The notes under the pieces are model-generated. The model searched no databases and was not told where the DNA came from. It saw only the letters and a program-made list of their open reading frames with translations. Positions 56,423 through 64,000 of a stretch of DNA of 64,000 nucleotides are shown here, in pieces. Numbering within the stretch: position 1 is the first letter of the stretch; each line of letters starts with the position of its first letter. Made by a program: the position numbers and the translations under genes. Source of the DNA: Candidatus Caccalectryoclostridium excrementigallinarum (lineage in GTDB: Bacteria; Bacillota; Clostridia; Christensenellales; UBA3700); assembly GCA_018714485.1 (NCBI GenBank), contig DVNJ01000020.1, positions 2,668 to 66,667 of the forward strand, read 5' to 3'.

Positions 56423-56567
56423 CTCTTCTCCGCCTTCGCCCGTGCGCCTTGCCGCCGAGCAGACTTTCGCCCGCCTTAGCCGCATCAAAACGCACACGCG
56501 CATAATATACAGTATGTCAATCATAACATAATGCGCGTGAAAAGTAAACAGGAGATGGGGTTCATAC

Positions 56568-56905
56568 ATGTAAAATATAAGCGAAAAATCTCGAGGATAT
56601 GGGCGGGAAAAGTTGCAAACTTTTTCCGCCTCTCGATTTTTCGCTTTTTGAGAGACAACCCCGCCATTCGAAAACGACTCCGCGAATATAACGCACCATT
56701 GCGCGTTGCGGCGGAACTCTGTTTCGCCGCAAGATCGTTTTCTTGAGGCGTGGTTTTCTCTCTTTTTGCGGGAGAGTGTCAAGGTCTCGCGCTCGCCTTA
56801 CCCGCAAAAATTCACTCTTTCCGCCTGCGCTGCGCTCCGTGCGGAACAGTCGTCCCGCTCAAGGTAACGCTTGGCAAAAGTGCGATTTTGCCGCGCTTTA
56901 TTACA
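56568..56905 (+). repeat. Mosaic hairpin-rich intergenic repeat, copy B (inverted relative to copy A at 318-909)
   Basis: Hairpins lie at 56581-56644, 56706-56732, 56763-56810 and 56873-56892. The block 56698-56825 is the reverse complement of 666-793, with 2 mismatches. Confidence 0.8.
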
Positions 56906-56983
56906 CTTTTTTGGGTGCAGCGTCACGCTGCCCGGACAGGCGCCTATAAGAGTGCGTGAGAGAGCGATGCATTTGCGTGCAGG

Positions 56984-57041
56984 TTTGGACGGCGAAGACG
57001 CAGGTAATACTTGCCGTATTATCAAGTCTTCGCCGTCCAAA
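56984..57041 (+). repeat. Hairpin element with a perfect 16-bp stem and conserved loop GCAGGTAATAC-N5-GTATTATCAA
   Basis: TTTGGACGGCGAAGAC pairs with GTCTTCGCCGTCCAAA. The same loop with different stems occurs at 5776-5823 and, inverted, at 19971-20022. Confidence 0.8.
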
Positions 57042-57099
57042 GATGTGCGTAAAGGCACGCTCTATCGCGTGCTCGTATAGCGCCTGTTCGGCAGAACAC

Positions 57100-57129
57100 A
57101 AAAAGAATAAGTTCGGCTTGAACCGAACT
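57100..57129 (-). terminator. Intrinsic terminator after hpf
   Basis: On the minus strand, GTTCGG-ttcaag-CCGAAC is followed by TTATTCTTTTT. Confidence 0.7.
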
Positions 57130-57164
57130 CATTCCTAACAATTTTTTGCCTATACTGTTTTTTC

Positions 57165-57692
57165 TCAATAGACCAAGTCGATAAGACCGCAGCCGCCGTC
57201 TTCTCTGCGATAGACGACGTTGACCATGCCGCTTTCGGCATTGAGGAAGACGAAGAAGGTATGGTCGACGAGTTCCATTTCGGCGACCGCCTCTTCCACG
57301 CTCATCTTATGCAGGGCGAAAGTCTTTTTACGCACGATCTTGTCCGAAGGGACTTCGGGCGCGGCGGGCACGGGTATTTCGTCGATGGCGGACTGCTTGA
57401 TCTTCTTGCCCAGCTTGGTGCGGTATTTGCGTATCTGTCCCTCGATCTTGGGCAGAGCCAAGTCTATGTTGTTATACATATTGTCCGAAATAACTTCGCT
57501 GCGCACGATATTGTTGCCGGAGAAGAAAACGGTGATCTCCATGCCGTACTTGTCCTTACCTATCTGCTTGAGCGATATTTTCATGACGGCGTCGTCCTCG
57601 AAATAGCGGGAAAATTTTTCCACTTTGTTTTCGAGCACGTTTTTGAGATGATCGGATACTTTGTAATTCCTGGAAATGATCTCGAGTTTCAT
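57165..57692 (-). CDS. hpf: Ribosome hibernation-promoting factor (long HPF)
   Basis: The N-terminus is MKLEIISRNYKVSD..., and a C-terminal dimerisation domain is present. An AAGGAGG RBS precedes the ATG at 57692. Confidence 0.93.
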   Translation of the reverse strand: MKLEIISRNYKVSDHLKNVLENKVEKFSRYFEDDAVMKISLKQIGKDKYGMEITVFFSGNNIVRSEVISDNMYNNIDLALPKIEGQIRKYRTKLGKKIKQSAIDEIPVPAAPEVPSDKIVRKKTFALHKMSVEEAVAEMELVDHTFFVFLNAESGMVNVVYRREDGGCGLIDLVY

Positions 57693-57863
57693 AATAGAGC
57701 CTCCTTTTTCGAGGTTTCCCCTCTTTGTAATCACATTATATCATAGATTTTCTCATAAAAAAAGGGGCGCACAAAGTAATTTACAAAGGATTTTCATTGA
57801 TTAAGGAATAATATAGTTTTAAGGCGCGGCAAAGCGACGCGAAAACTCGCTCAACTCCGCCTC

Positions 57864-57896
57864 AAAAGCAAAGCCGCGCCCCGAGCGGGGCGCGGC
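57864..57896 (-). terminator. Intrinsic terminator after clpC
   Basis: The stem GCCGCGCCCC-gagc-GGGGCGCGGC is followed on the minus strand by TTTGCTTTTG. Confidence 0.7.
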
Positions 57897-57913
57897 GGGT
57901 CGAGTCACGCTTT

Positions 57914-60445
57914 TTAAGACTCTTTGACTATCTCGAACTTGCCGTCCTTTGCAATCAAGCCTATCTTGTCGCCCTCGTTCACAGCGCCCGAGAGCAGTTT
58001 TTCCGAGAGCATATCTTCCACGTTGCGCTGCACCGCCCTGCGCAGAGGACGCGCGCCGTATTCCTTATTATATCCCTTTTCGATCAGCAGCTCGCAAGCC
58101 GCGTCGTCATAGGTGAGCGTGATGTTGCGTTCGGCAAGGCGGTCGACCACGTCGCCGAGCATCTTTCTGCATATAAGCTGCATATCCTGTTTTTCCAGGC
58201 TGCGGAAGATGATTATGTCGTCCACGCGGTTGATGAACTCGGGCTTGAAGGTGTTTTTCAACGCCTGCATCTGCTTATCGCGCACGTCGTCGTAATCCTG
58301 CTCGCTCGAACCGAAGCCGAGGCGGGAATTTTTGATCTCGCTCGCGCCCACGTTCGAAGTCATGATGATGATGGTGTTCTTGAAGTTCACCTCTCTGCCA
58401 TGAGAGTCTTTGAGGTGACCGTCGTCGAGCACCTGCAAGAGGATATTGAAGACGTCGGGGTGCGCCTTTTCTATCTCGTCGAAGAGAATGACGGAATAAG
58501 GATGCCTGCGCACCTTTTCCGTGAGCTGACCGCCCTCTTCATAGCCCACATATCCGGGCGCGGAGCCGATGAGCTTGGAGACGTTGAACTTCTCCATATA
58601 TTCGGACATATCCACGCGGATCATCAGATTCTCGTCGCCGAACATGGCTTGAGCCAAAGCCTTCGAAAGCTCCGTCTTGCCCACGCCCGTGGGACCGAGG
58701 AAGATGAAGGAACCGATGGGGCGGCGCCTGTCCTGAACTCCCGCGCGCGCCCGACGCACCGCACGGGCGACGGCGGAGACCGCCTCGTCCTGACCCACGA
58801 CGCGCTTGCGTAGCTCCTCTTCGAGGTTGAGCAGCTTATGCGACTCCGTCTCGGTGAGCTTGGCGACGGGAATGGACGTGGTTGCCGAAACCACTTCGGC
58901 GATGTCTTTTTCGTCAATGGAAAGCTCGGTCTGGACCTTGTCGCTCCCCCACTTTTTCTTCTCCTCGGTGATGAGCGAGTTGAGCTCCTTTATCCTCGCG
59001 TCTATCTCGGCGCACTTGGCGAAATTACGCCTTTCGATATGATTTTTCAGCTCTATCTTCAACTTGTTCACTTCCTCTTCCATGTCCTTTATCGGCTGAG
59101 GGAGCACGAAGTTCGAGACCTTCTTTTTCGCCATCGCCTCGTCCATGAGGTCGATCGCCTTGTCGGGCAAAAACCTGTCGGAGATATATCTGTCCGAAAG
59201 CACCGCCGCCGCCTTGATCGCCGAATCGCTGATCTTGACGCCGTGGAATTTTTCGTATTTGCTCCTCAGTCCCTTCAAGATGACCTCGGTCTCCTCGACC
59301 GTGGGCGGCTCGACCATGATGGGTTGCAGCCTGCGTTCGAGAGCGGCGTCCTTTTCGATATATTTGGTATATTCGTCGATGGTCGTCGCGCCTATCGTCT
59401 GCAATTCGCCGCGCGCGAGCAGCGGTTTGAGGATATTCGCCATGTAGAGCGAATTTTCGCTCGAAGAGCCCGTCCCCACGATGAGATGTATCTCGTCGAT
59501 GAAGAGAATGATGTTGGTGTCCGCCTTGATGGTGTCGATGAGCTTTTTCATTCTCTCTTCGAATTCGCCGCGGTATTTCGTGCCCGCCATCAGTCCCGCC
59601 ACGTCGAGGGAAAAGATAGTCTTCCCGCGCAACGTTTCGGGGACTTCGCCCGCCACGATCGCCTGCGCCAGACCTTCGACAATGGCGCTCTTACCCACGC
59701 CCGGCTCGCCGATGAGCACGGGATTGTTCTTAGTGCGGCGGGAGAGCACCTCGATTATCCTGCTTATCTCCTTGCTCCTGCCGATCACGGGGTCGAGCTT
59801 GCCCTCGCGCGCCTTTTGCGTGATGTCCGAGCCGAGCTTTTCCATCTCGCGCGTCACGCCGCCGCGCTCTTTGTTCTGCGCCGCGCCTTCGCGGTCGCTC
59901 CCCGCTCTGCGCGCGGAGCGCATGCCCGCCCTCGCGGGATCCATGCCCGCAGCCATCTGCATGAACCTGCGGCGCATTTCCTCGAAGGGATCTATCTCCT
60001 CCCCTTCATCCTCTTCTTCCTCGTCTTTTCCCGAGGAGAGATAGGCGCGCACCTTTTCGCGCAGTCCGTCCGCGTCCACGCCCAAAGCCATGAGCTTTTG
60101 CACGGCGTAACTGTCGCGCATGTTGAGTATGCCCAGCAAAAGCAGGGGCGAAGTTATCGCGCCGCCGCTGCGGCTCGCCATCGCCATGCACCAATCGAGC
60201 ACCTTTCTCGTGCGCTCGCTCAGCGCCACTCTGCTAAGCGAAGTCTCTCTGCCCAAAGTGACAAGGTCGCTCACGCTCTCTTCCGTCAGCCCCTCGTCAA
60301 AGAGAAAGCTCCTCGCCTCGCAGTCCACGCCGAGCATGGCGGCGACGAAAAACTCCGTGCCCAAAAGCCCTTCTTCCGTATGCGCGGCAAGCTTGCTCGC
60401 CGCCTTTATCACCTTGTCGCATTCGCTTGCGAAATTATATTCCAT
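57914..60445 (-). CDS. clpC: ATP-dependent Clp protease ATP-binding subunit ClpC
   Basis: The protein has two AAA+ modules (GEPGVGKS and GPTGVGKT), a UVR-like linker and a Clp_N domain. Confidence 0.96.
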   Translation of the reverse strand: MEYNFASECDKVIKAASKLAAHTEEGLLGTEFFVAAMLGVDCEARSFLFDEGLTEESVSDLVTLGRETSLSRVALSERTRKVLDWCMAMASRSGGAITSPLLLLGILNMRDSYAVQKLMALGVDADGLREKVRAYLSSGKDEEEEDEGEEIDPFEEMRRRFMQMAAGMDPARAGMRSARRAGSDREGAAQNKERGGVTREMEKLGSDITQKAREGKLDPVIGRSKEISRIIEVLSRRTKNNPVLIGEPGVGKSAIVEGLAQAIVAGEVPETLRGKTIFSLDVAGLMAGTKYRGEFEERMKKLIDTIKADTNIILFIDEIHLIVGTGSSSENSLYMANILKPLLARGELQTIGATTIDEYTKYIEKDAALERRLQPIMVEPPTVEETEVILKGLRSKYEKFHGVKISDSAIKAAAVLSDRYISDRFLPDKAIDLMDEAMAKKKVSNFVLPQPIKDMEEEVNKLKIELKNHIERRNFAKCAEIDARIKELNSLITEEKKKWGSDKVQTELSIDEKDIAEVVSATTSIPVAKLTETESHKLLNLEEELRKRVVGQDEAVSAVARAVRRARAGVQDRRRPIGSFIFLGPTGVGKTELSKALAQAMFGDENLMIRVDMSEYMEKFNVSKLIGSAPGYVGYEEGGQLTEKVRRHPYSVILFDEIEKAHPDVFNILLQVLDDGHLKDSHGREVNFKNTIIIMTSNVGASEIKNSRLGFGSSEQDYDDVRDKQMQALKNTFKPEFINRVDDIIIFRSLEKQDMQLICRKMLGDVVDRLAERNITLTYDDAACELLIEKGYNKEYGARPLRRAVQRNVEDMLSEKLLSGAVNEGDKIGLIAKDGKFEIVKES

Positions 60446-60458
60446 ATATATACCCTCC

Positions 60459-61454
60459 TTAGCGGGCGAGCGCGTTTTTTACTATTCTCGCCCGCGTCAT
60501 ATCTCTTTCTTCCGCGTTTAATTTTTTGCCCGCAGCCTTGCAGAGCATCGCCGGCTGCGTGAGCGTTATGAGTTCGTCCGCCTTGTCCGCGTCCGCCTTG
60601 ACAAGTTCCATGCTTATGCCCAACTTGACGTAGGCGATAAGTTCCATGAATTCGTCCGAGGAGATCTTGCAGGCGTTGCTCAAAATGCCGTAAGCGCGCA
60701 TTATCTTGTCTTTCAGATCTATGCCGCCCCTTCTTGCCAGGTCCTCGCGCGCCGCGCGTTCCGCCCTGATGAAGCTCTCGGCGACCTTAGTTATGCGCCC
60801 GAGTATCTCCTCTTCGCCCGCGCCTATCGTCGCCTGGTTGGAGATCTGGTACATAAAGCCCTTCGCCTCGCTCCCCTCGCCGTAAACTCCGCGCGCGGTG
60901 ACGCCGAACTTGGGCAGCGTGTTGATCACCGATCCTAACGCGCCCGTGAGCGTGAGCGCCGGCACGAACACCATGAAGGAAGCGCGCATGCCCGCGCCCA
61001 TATTGGTGGGGCAGGCGGTGAGATAGCCGTACTTGGGATCGAAGGCGAAATCGAGATTTTCCGCCATCGCCTTGTCCGCCTGCACGAGCCTTTTGAAGGC
61101 GGAGTCGGGATCGAACCCGCGCACTATGCACTGCGCCCTGATATGATCTTCCTCGTTGATCATCACCGAGATATCCTGAAGCGTGCTTATCATCACCGCG
61201 CCGTAACGCGAATTGACGAGCGCGGGTGAGATGAGATGCTTTTCCACGAGCGCCTGCGCGTCGAGCGGATCCAGCCCGTTCATGCGGTACATGCGGAATT
61301 CGCCCAAGGGCGCGAGCGCCTTTTCCACGCCGCGCATGAGCACGGAATAGATCTCCTCTTCTCCCGAAAGTTTGGCGGGGAAAGGCAGCGAATTTATGTT
61401 CCTCGCAAAGCGCACTCTGCTCGAATAAACCACGTCTTTACATCTGTCCGTCAT
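60459..61454 (-). CDS. mcsB: Protein arginine kinase McsB
   Basis: The ATP:guanido phosphotransferase motif CPTNMGAGMRAS is present. Confidence 0.93.
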   Translation of the reverse strand: MTDRCKDVVYSSRVRFARNINSLPFPAKLSGEEEIYSVLMRGVEKALAPLGEFRMYRMNGLDPLDAQALVEKHLISPALVNSRYGAVMISTLQDISVMINEEDHIRAQCIVRGFDPDSAFKRLVQADKAMAENLDFAFDPKYGYLTACPTNMGAGMRASFMVFVPALTLTGALGSVINTLPKFGVTARGVYGEGSEAKGFMYQISNQATIGAGEEEILGRITKVAESFIRAERAAREDLARRGGIDLKDKIMRAYGILSNACKISSDEFMELIAYVKLGISMELVKADADKADELITLTQPAMLCKAAGKKLNAEERDMTRARIVKNALAR

Positions 61455-61462
61455 CTTTCACC

Positions 61463-61960
61463 TCACTTTTTCAGGGCGTCGAGCTTGGCTTGAAGCTTTG
61501 CCGCGAGATTGAAATCCCTCGCCTTGACCGCCTCGTCTATCTGCCTTGAAATAGCCTCCGCCTCGTCTATCGGTTTTAGCTTTTCTTTGGGTTTTTGCTC
61601 GATGACCGTGTCGCGCGGCGCGCGCCCCGTATAGGGCTTTCCGCGCATCTGCCGATAAGTCTGCTCGACTATGTCGGCAAAGACATGATAGCATTCGCTG
61701 CACCCGAAGCGCAGATTTTTCCTCACCTCGCGCTCGGTCGTCCCGCACCTATTGCAGACCTTGGAAGTGGTGCGGTATCCACCCATTCCCGACATCAGCA
61801 TCGCCGCTTCGTTGAAAAAGTCCTGAACGAAGTTCTCCCCCTCGCTCAGCTTGGCGGCGCAGTAAGGGCACAAGTGCTGCTCGCTCTTGACGCCGTTGAC
61901 GTTGGTCTTGACCACTATCGTGGCTTTACGCATGCCGCATATCTGACAAATCTCGTCCAT
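61463..61960 (-). CDS. mcsA: McsA (zinc-finger/UVR-domain activator of McsB)
   Basis: The protein has CxxC pairs and a C-terminal UVR motif. It sits within the ctsR-mcsA-mcsB-clpC order. Confidence 0.9.
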   Translation of the reverse strand: MDEICQICGMRKATIVVKTNVNGVKSEQHLCPYCAAKLSEGENFVQDFFNEAAMLMSGMGGYRTTSKVCNRCGTTEREVRKNLRFGCSECYHVFADIVEQTYRQMRGKPYTGRAPRDTVIEQKPKEKLKPIDEAEAISRQIDEAVKARDFNLAAKLQAKLDALKK

Positions 61961-61972
61961 ATCCTCTCCTTT

Positions 61973-62422
61973 TTATTTGCGCATGAGCGCGATGAGTATC
62001 TCCTTATATATATTACGGCGCAGCGCGCCGCTTTCCTTCGCCCCTTTGAGCGCGCTTTCGGAAACGCTCGCCAAAATGAGCGCAAGCTCCCTGTCCGTGA
62101 CCGCCTTTTGCGCATGCAGCCTTTCCGCCATGTCCCGCGCGCGGTTTTCGGGCAGTTCGTCCGCCTCGGACACCTCTTTGAGCTGGCTTGCGACAAGATC
62201 GCCGTCCGCGGCGATACGCACGAGCGTGATCCCGCCGCCTCCGCCGCGCTTGGAACGCACGATGAATCCCCTGCTCAAAGTAAAGCGCGTGGCGAGCACA
62301 TAGTTTATCTGGCTGGGCGCCACGGAAAAATACTGCGCCAGTTCGCTGCGCGAGAGAGTGATCTCGTCGCTACCGCCCAGCACCTGCAATATAAACTGCT
62401 CTATTTCCGTCGAAATATTCAT
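61973..62422 (-). CDS. ctsR: Class III stress-gene repressor CtsR
   Basis: The N-terminus MNISTEIEQFILQ... and a wHTH are present. It is the first gene of the clpC operon. Confidence 0.93.
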   Translation of the reverse strand: MNISTEIEQFILQVLGGSDEITLSRSELAQYFSVAPSQINYVLATRFTLSRGFIVRSKRGGGGGITLVRIAADGDLVASQLKEVSEADELPENRARDMAERLHAQKAVTDRELALILASVSESALKGAKESGALRRNIYKEILIALMRK

Positions 62423-62484
62423 CGCGTCCTCCGCCCTCGGTCAAATTCCGTCCGCCTTCGACGCCCTTCGACGCCGTCCGCGTT

Positions 62485-62508
62485 TTTGACCTTGTCTGAC
62501 CTTTGACT
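62485..62508 (-). promoter_or_regulatory. CtsR operator (heptad repeats)
   Basis: The minus strand reads AGTCAAA-GGTCAGA-CAA-GGTCAAA. The consensus is A/GGTCAAA-NAN-A/GGTCAAA. Confidence 0.85.
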
Positions 62509-62510
62509 TT

Positions 62511-62538
62511 ATTATACACCTTTTACCGGCTTTGTCAA
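62511..62538 (-). promoter_or_regulatory. ctsR operon promoter
   Basis: On the minus strand, TTGACA (62533-62538) is followed by a 16-nt spacer and TATAAT (62511-62516), directly abutting the CtsR operator. Confidence 0.75.
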
Positions 62539-62706
62539 GGGGTAAGGCGAACTTTTTTTGTGAAATTTTCGTAAAACGCTCGGCGCAGCCCCGAGCCGAG
62601 CGGTCGGCGTCGAATTTTTTCTTGCCATAAAAATATGCGCCCAAAAAGCGGCCAGGCTTTTTGGGCGCATATCATCGGACAAAGTCCGCTCGGGCGCTCG
62701 CGCGAC

Positions 62707-63609
62707 TTATATGCGTATAACGTATTTTTTCACCATTTTCACGGGGCGGTAAGAGAGCTTCGACTTTCTCAGCCCTTCAAGTCCCATGTCTTCCTGACGG
62801 TTGACCAGGCGCACGCCTTGATAGTGCCGCTCGGCGAACATCTTATTGATGGCGGCATAAATGCCGTCAAAGCGCGTTTCGCCCTTTTCTATATGCACGA
62901 TAGCGACGTTCGAGGCGGTGATCTCGCCCAAGGCAAAGCCGACTATCTCCCCGTCTATCTCCATCACGTCGGCGAACGTCTTCCCCTCGTGAGTCATCTG
63001 CAAGCCGAGCGCGAGCAGGTGGAATTCGTCCATGAGCGTCCCCTCGTCCTCTTTTCCCTCGCTCCATTTGGCGTAAAGATCCAAAAGTCCCTGCTTGTCC
63101 GCGGCGGTATAGGGACGAAAGACATATCTGCCCTCGTAAGTCTTGCAAAAACGGGCGACGTGATTGCGCTTGCCGTGGAATTTCTTGCCCGCGAGAGTTA
63201 TGAGGTCTGCGGGGGAATAGAGATATTCTTCGAAGTCGGGATTGCTGTTTTCCGTGTCAAGTCCCGACCCGCTCAAAGCGTCGACGTATTCCTGCGGCAG
63301 AGCCATGATGCAGGCATGCTCCCCTCTCTCCTTCACAAAGGCGACGACCTGCTCGACAGCCGCCCTAACATTCTCGATTTTCGTCAGCGGCGGCAGATAG
63401 ACAAAGTTTTCGCAGTCCCCGAAGCCGCCCTTGGGCTTGAAGCGGATAAAGATGCTTTCCCCGCATTTTGCCCATTGCATATGTGAGTAATCGTAAAAAT
63501 GCCAGCCCCTGCGGTAAAGCTCGGAAAACTCGCTGCCCTCATAGCTCGTGAGCGCCAGCATTTTTCTTATCTCCTCTTCCGCCCTCTCATCTACCCTTTC
63601 GAAGTTCAT
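62707..63609 (-). CDS. DUF2156 (lysyl-phosphatidylglycerol synthase C-terminal-like, GNAT-fold) protein
   Basis: The ORF is 300 aa. The LAGKKFHGKRNHVARF motif is recalled from DUF2156 proteins. Confidence 0.75.
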   Translation of the reverse strand: MNFERVDERAEEEIRKMLALTSYEGSEFSELYRRGWHFYDYSHMQWAKCGESIFIRFKPKGGFGDCENFVYLPPLTKIENVRAAVEQVVAFVKERGEHACIMALPQEYVDALSGSGLDTENSNPDFEEYLYSPADLITLAGKKFHGKRNHVARFCKTYEGRYVFRPYTAADKQGLLDLYAKWSEGKEDEGTLMDEFHLLALGLQMTHEGKTFADVMEIDGEIVGFALGEITASNVAIVHIEKGETRFDGIYAAINKMFAERHYQGVRLVNRQEDMGLEGLRKSKLSYRPVKMVKKYVIRI

Positions 63610-63662
63610 AAATCACCGTCACTTGCTTGTCTTTATGCGCGCGCTTTGTTATAATATCTCTC

Positions 63663-64000
63663 GTGAAAAAAAGGTATTTTTATCGTCAGAGCATAATTTT
63701 TCATCTCATCGCCGCGCTCATGATAATTATAGTCGCGGCGGCGCTTGTTGTCAACGTCTTGAAGCTCGCCGAGGTGGGGAGCATGCGTTCTTATAACCAC
63801 CCGCTCGACATCACCGCCTGCGTGATCCTGCCGCTCATCGCGGCTTGCGCGGCGGCGTTCGTCTGGGGCTCGGGATATACCTTCGGCAAAAACGCGCTCT
63901 TTGTCAACATCGGTTTCGCGGTCAAAAAGATCCCTTACGACCGCATCCTGAAGCTGCGCTCGGACGAAAAGCGTTCCGCGCTCGCGCTCTATTACGCCCT
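63663..64000 (+). CDS. Partial hypothetical membrane protein (runs off the window end)
   Basis: The frame is open from the GTG at 63663 to the end of the window. The sequence VKKRYFYRQSIIFHLIAALMIIIVAAALVV... has two TM segments. The start codon is uncertain. Confidence 0.5.
   Translation, partial: MKKRYFYRQSIIFHLIAALMIIIVAAALVVNVLKLAEVGSMRSYNHPLDITACVILPLIAACAAAFVWGSGYTFGKNALFVNIGFAVKKIPYDRILKLRSDEKRSALALYYA

Noticed and set aside
56423-56567. Possible T-box leader or riboswitch upstream of trpS.
   Set aside because: Only about 140 nt are available. I could find no T-box sequence (AANNNGGGTGGTACCGCG) and no specifier or terminator-antiterminator arrangement.
62423-62460. An extra GGTCAAA heptad at about 62429 on the plus strand, considered as a second CtsR operator.
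   Set aside because: It is a single heptad in the opposite orientation, inside the 5' UTR, with no repeat partner. It is probably a chance occurrence.

Overview
This 64 kb window is mostly core chromosome from a high-GC, spore-forming Bacillota (Clostridia-like) genome. Gene order and motifs support that assignment, and nearly all genes lie on the minus strand.

Recognisable blocks:
- ppdK
- recO-yqzL-era-ybeY-pgpH-yqfD-yqfC
- dnaB, pepF, hemW-lepA
- rpsU-HIT-mtaB-rsmE-prmA-dnaJ-dnaK-grpE-hrcA, with a CIRCE operator
- ylbJ, an rsmD-coaD fusion, an aconitase-family gene, hprK, uvrC, trpS, hpf
- ctsR-mcsA-mcsB-clpC, with a CtsR operator

I found no rRNA, tRNA, CRISPR array, transposase, integrase or recognisable defence or toxin system. 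I do not see a convincing novel multi-gene system. The window is largely ordinary housekeeping DNA.

What the gene calls do not explain falls into four groups.

1. Hairpin-rich intergenic repeat families:
- a mosaic four-hairpin element, present in inverted orientation at about 318-909 and 56568-56905
- a hairpin family with a conserved loop and variable stems (5776, 19971, 56984)
- five tandem copies of the rpsU 3' end plus its terminator (29429-29842)

2. Small or unusual ORFs:
- a free-standing NrdD-type glycyl-radical mini-protein beside a Crp/Fnr regulator
- a Cys-rich 59-aa ORF divergent from an ArsR regulator
- a 57-aa acidic ORF translationally coupled to hprK
- a 36-aa hydrophobic, then basic, peptide

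3. A reading-frame break that falls exactly on an A_AAA_AAG slippery heptamer in a membrane protein gene.

4. One visibly low-GC single-gene island (a DUF4143-type ATPase) with operator-like repeats.

All family names come from motif recognition and memory, not from database searches.
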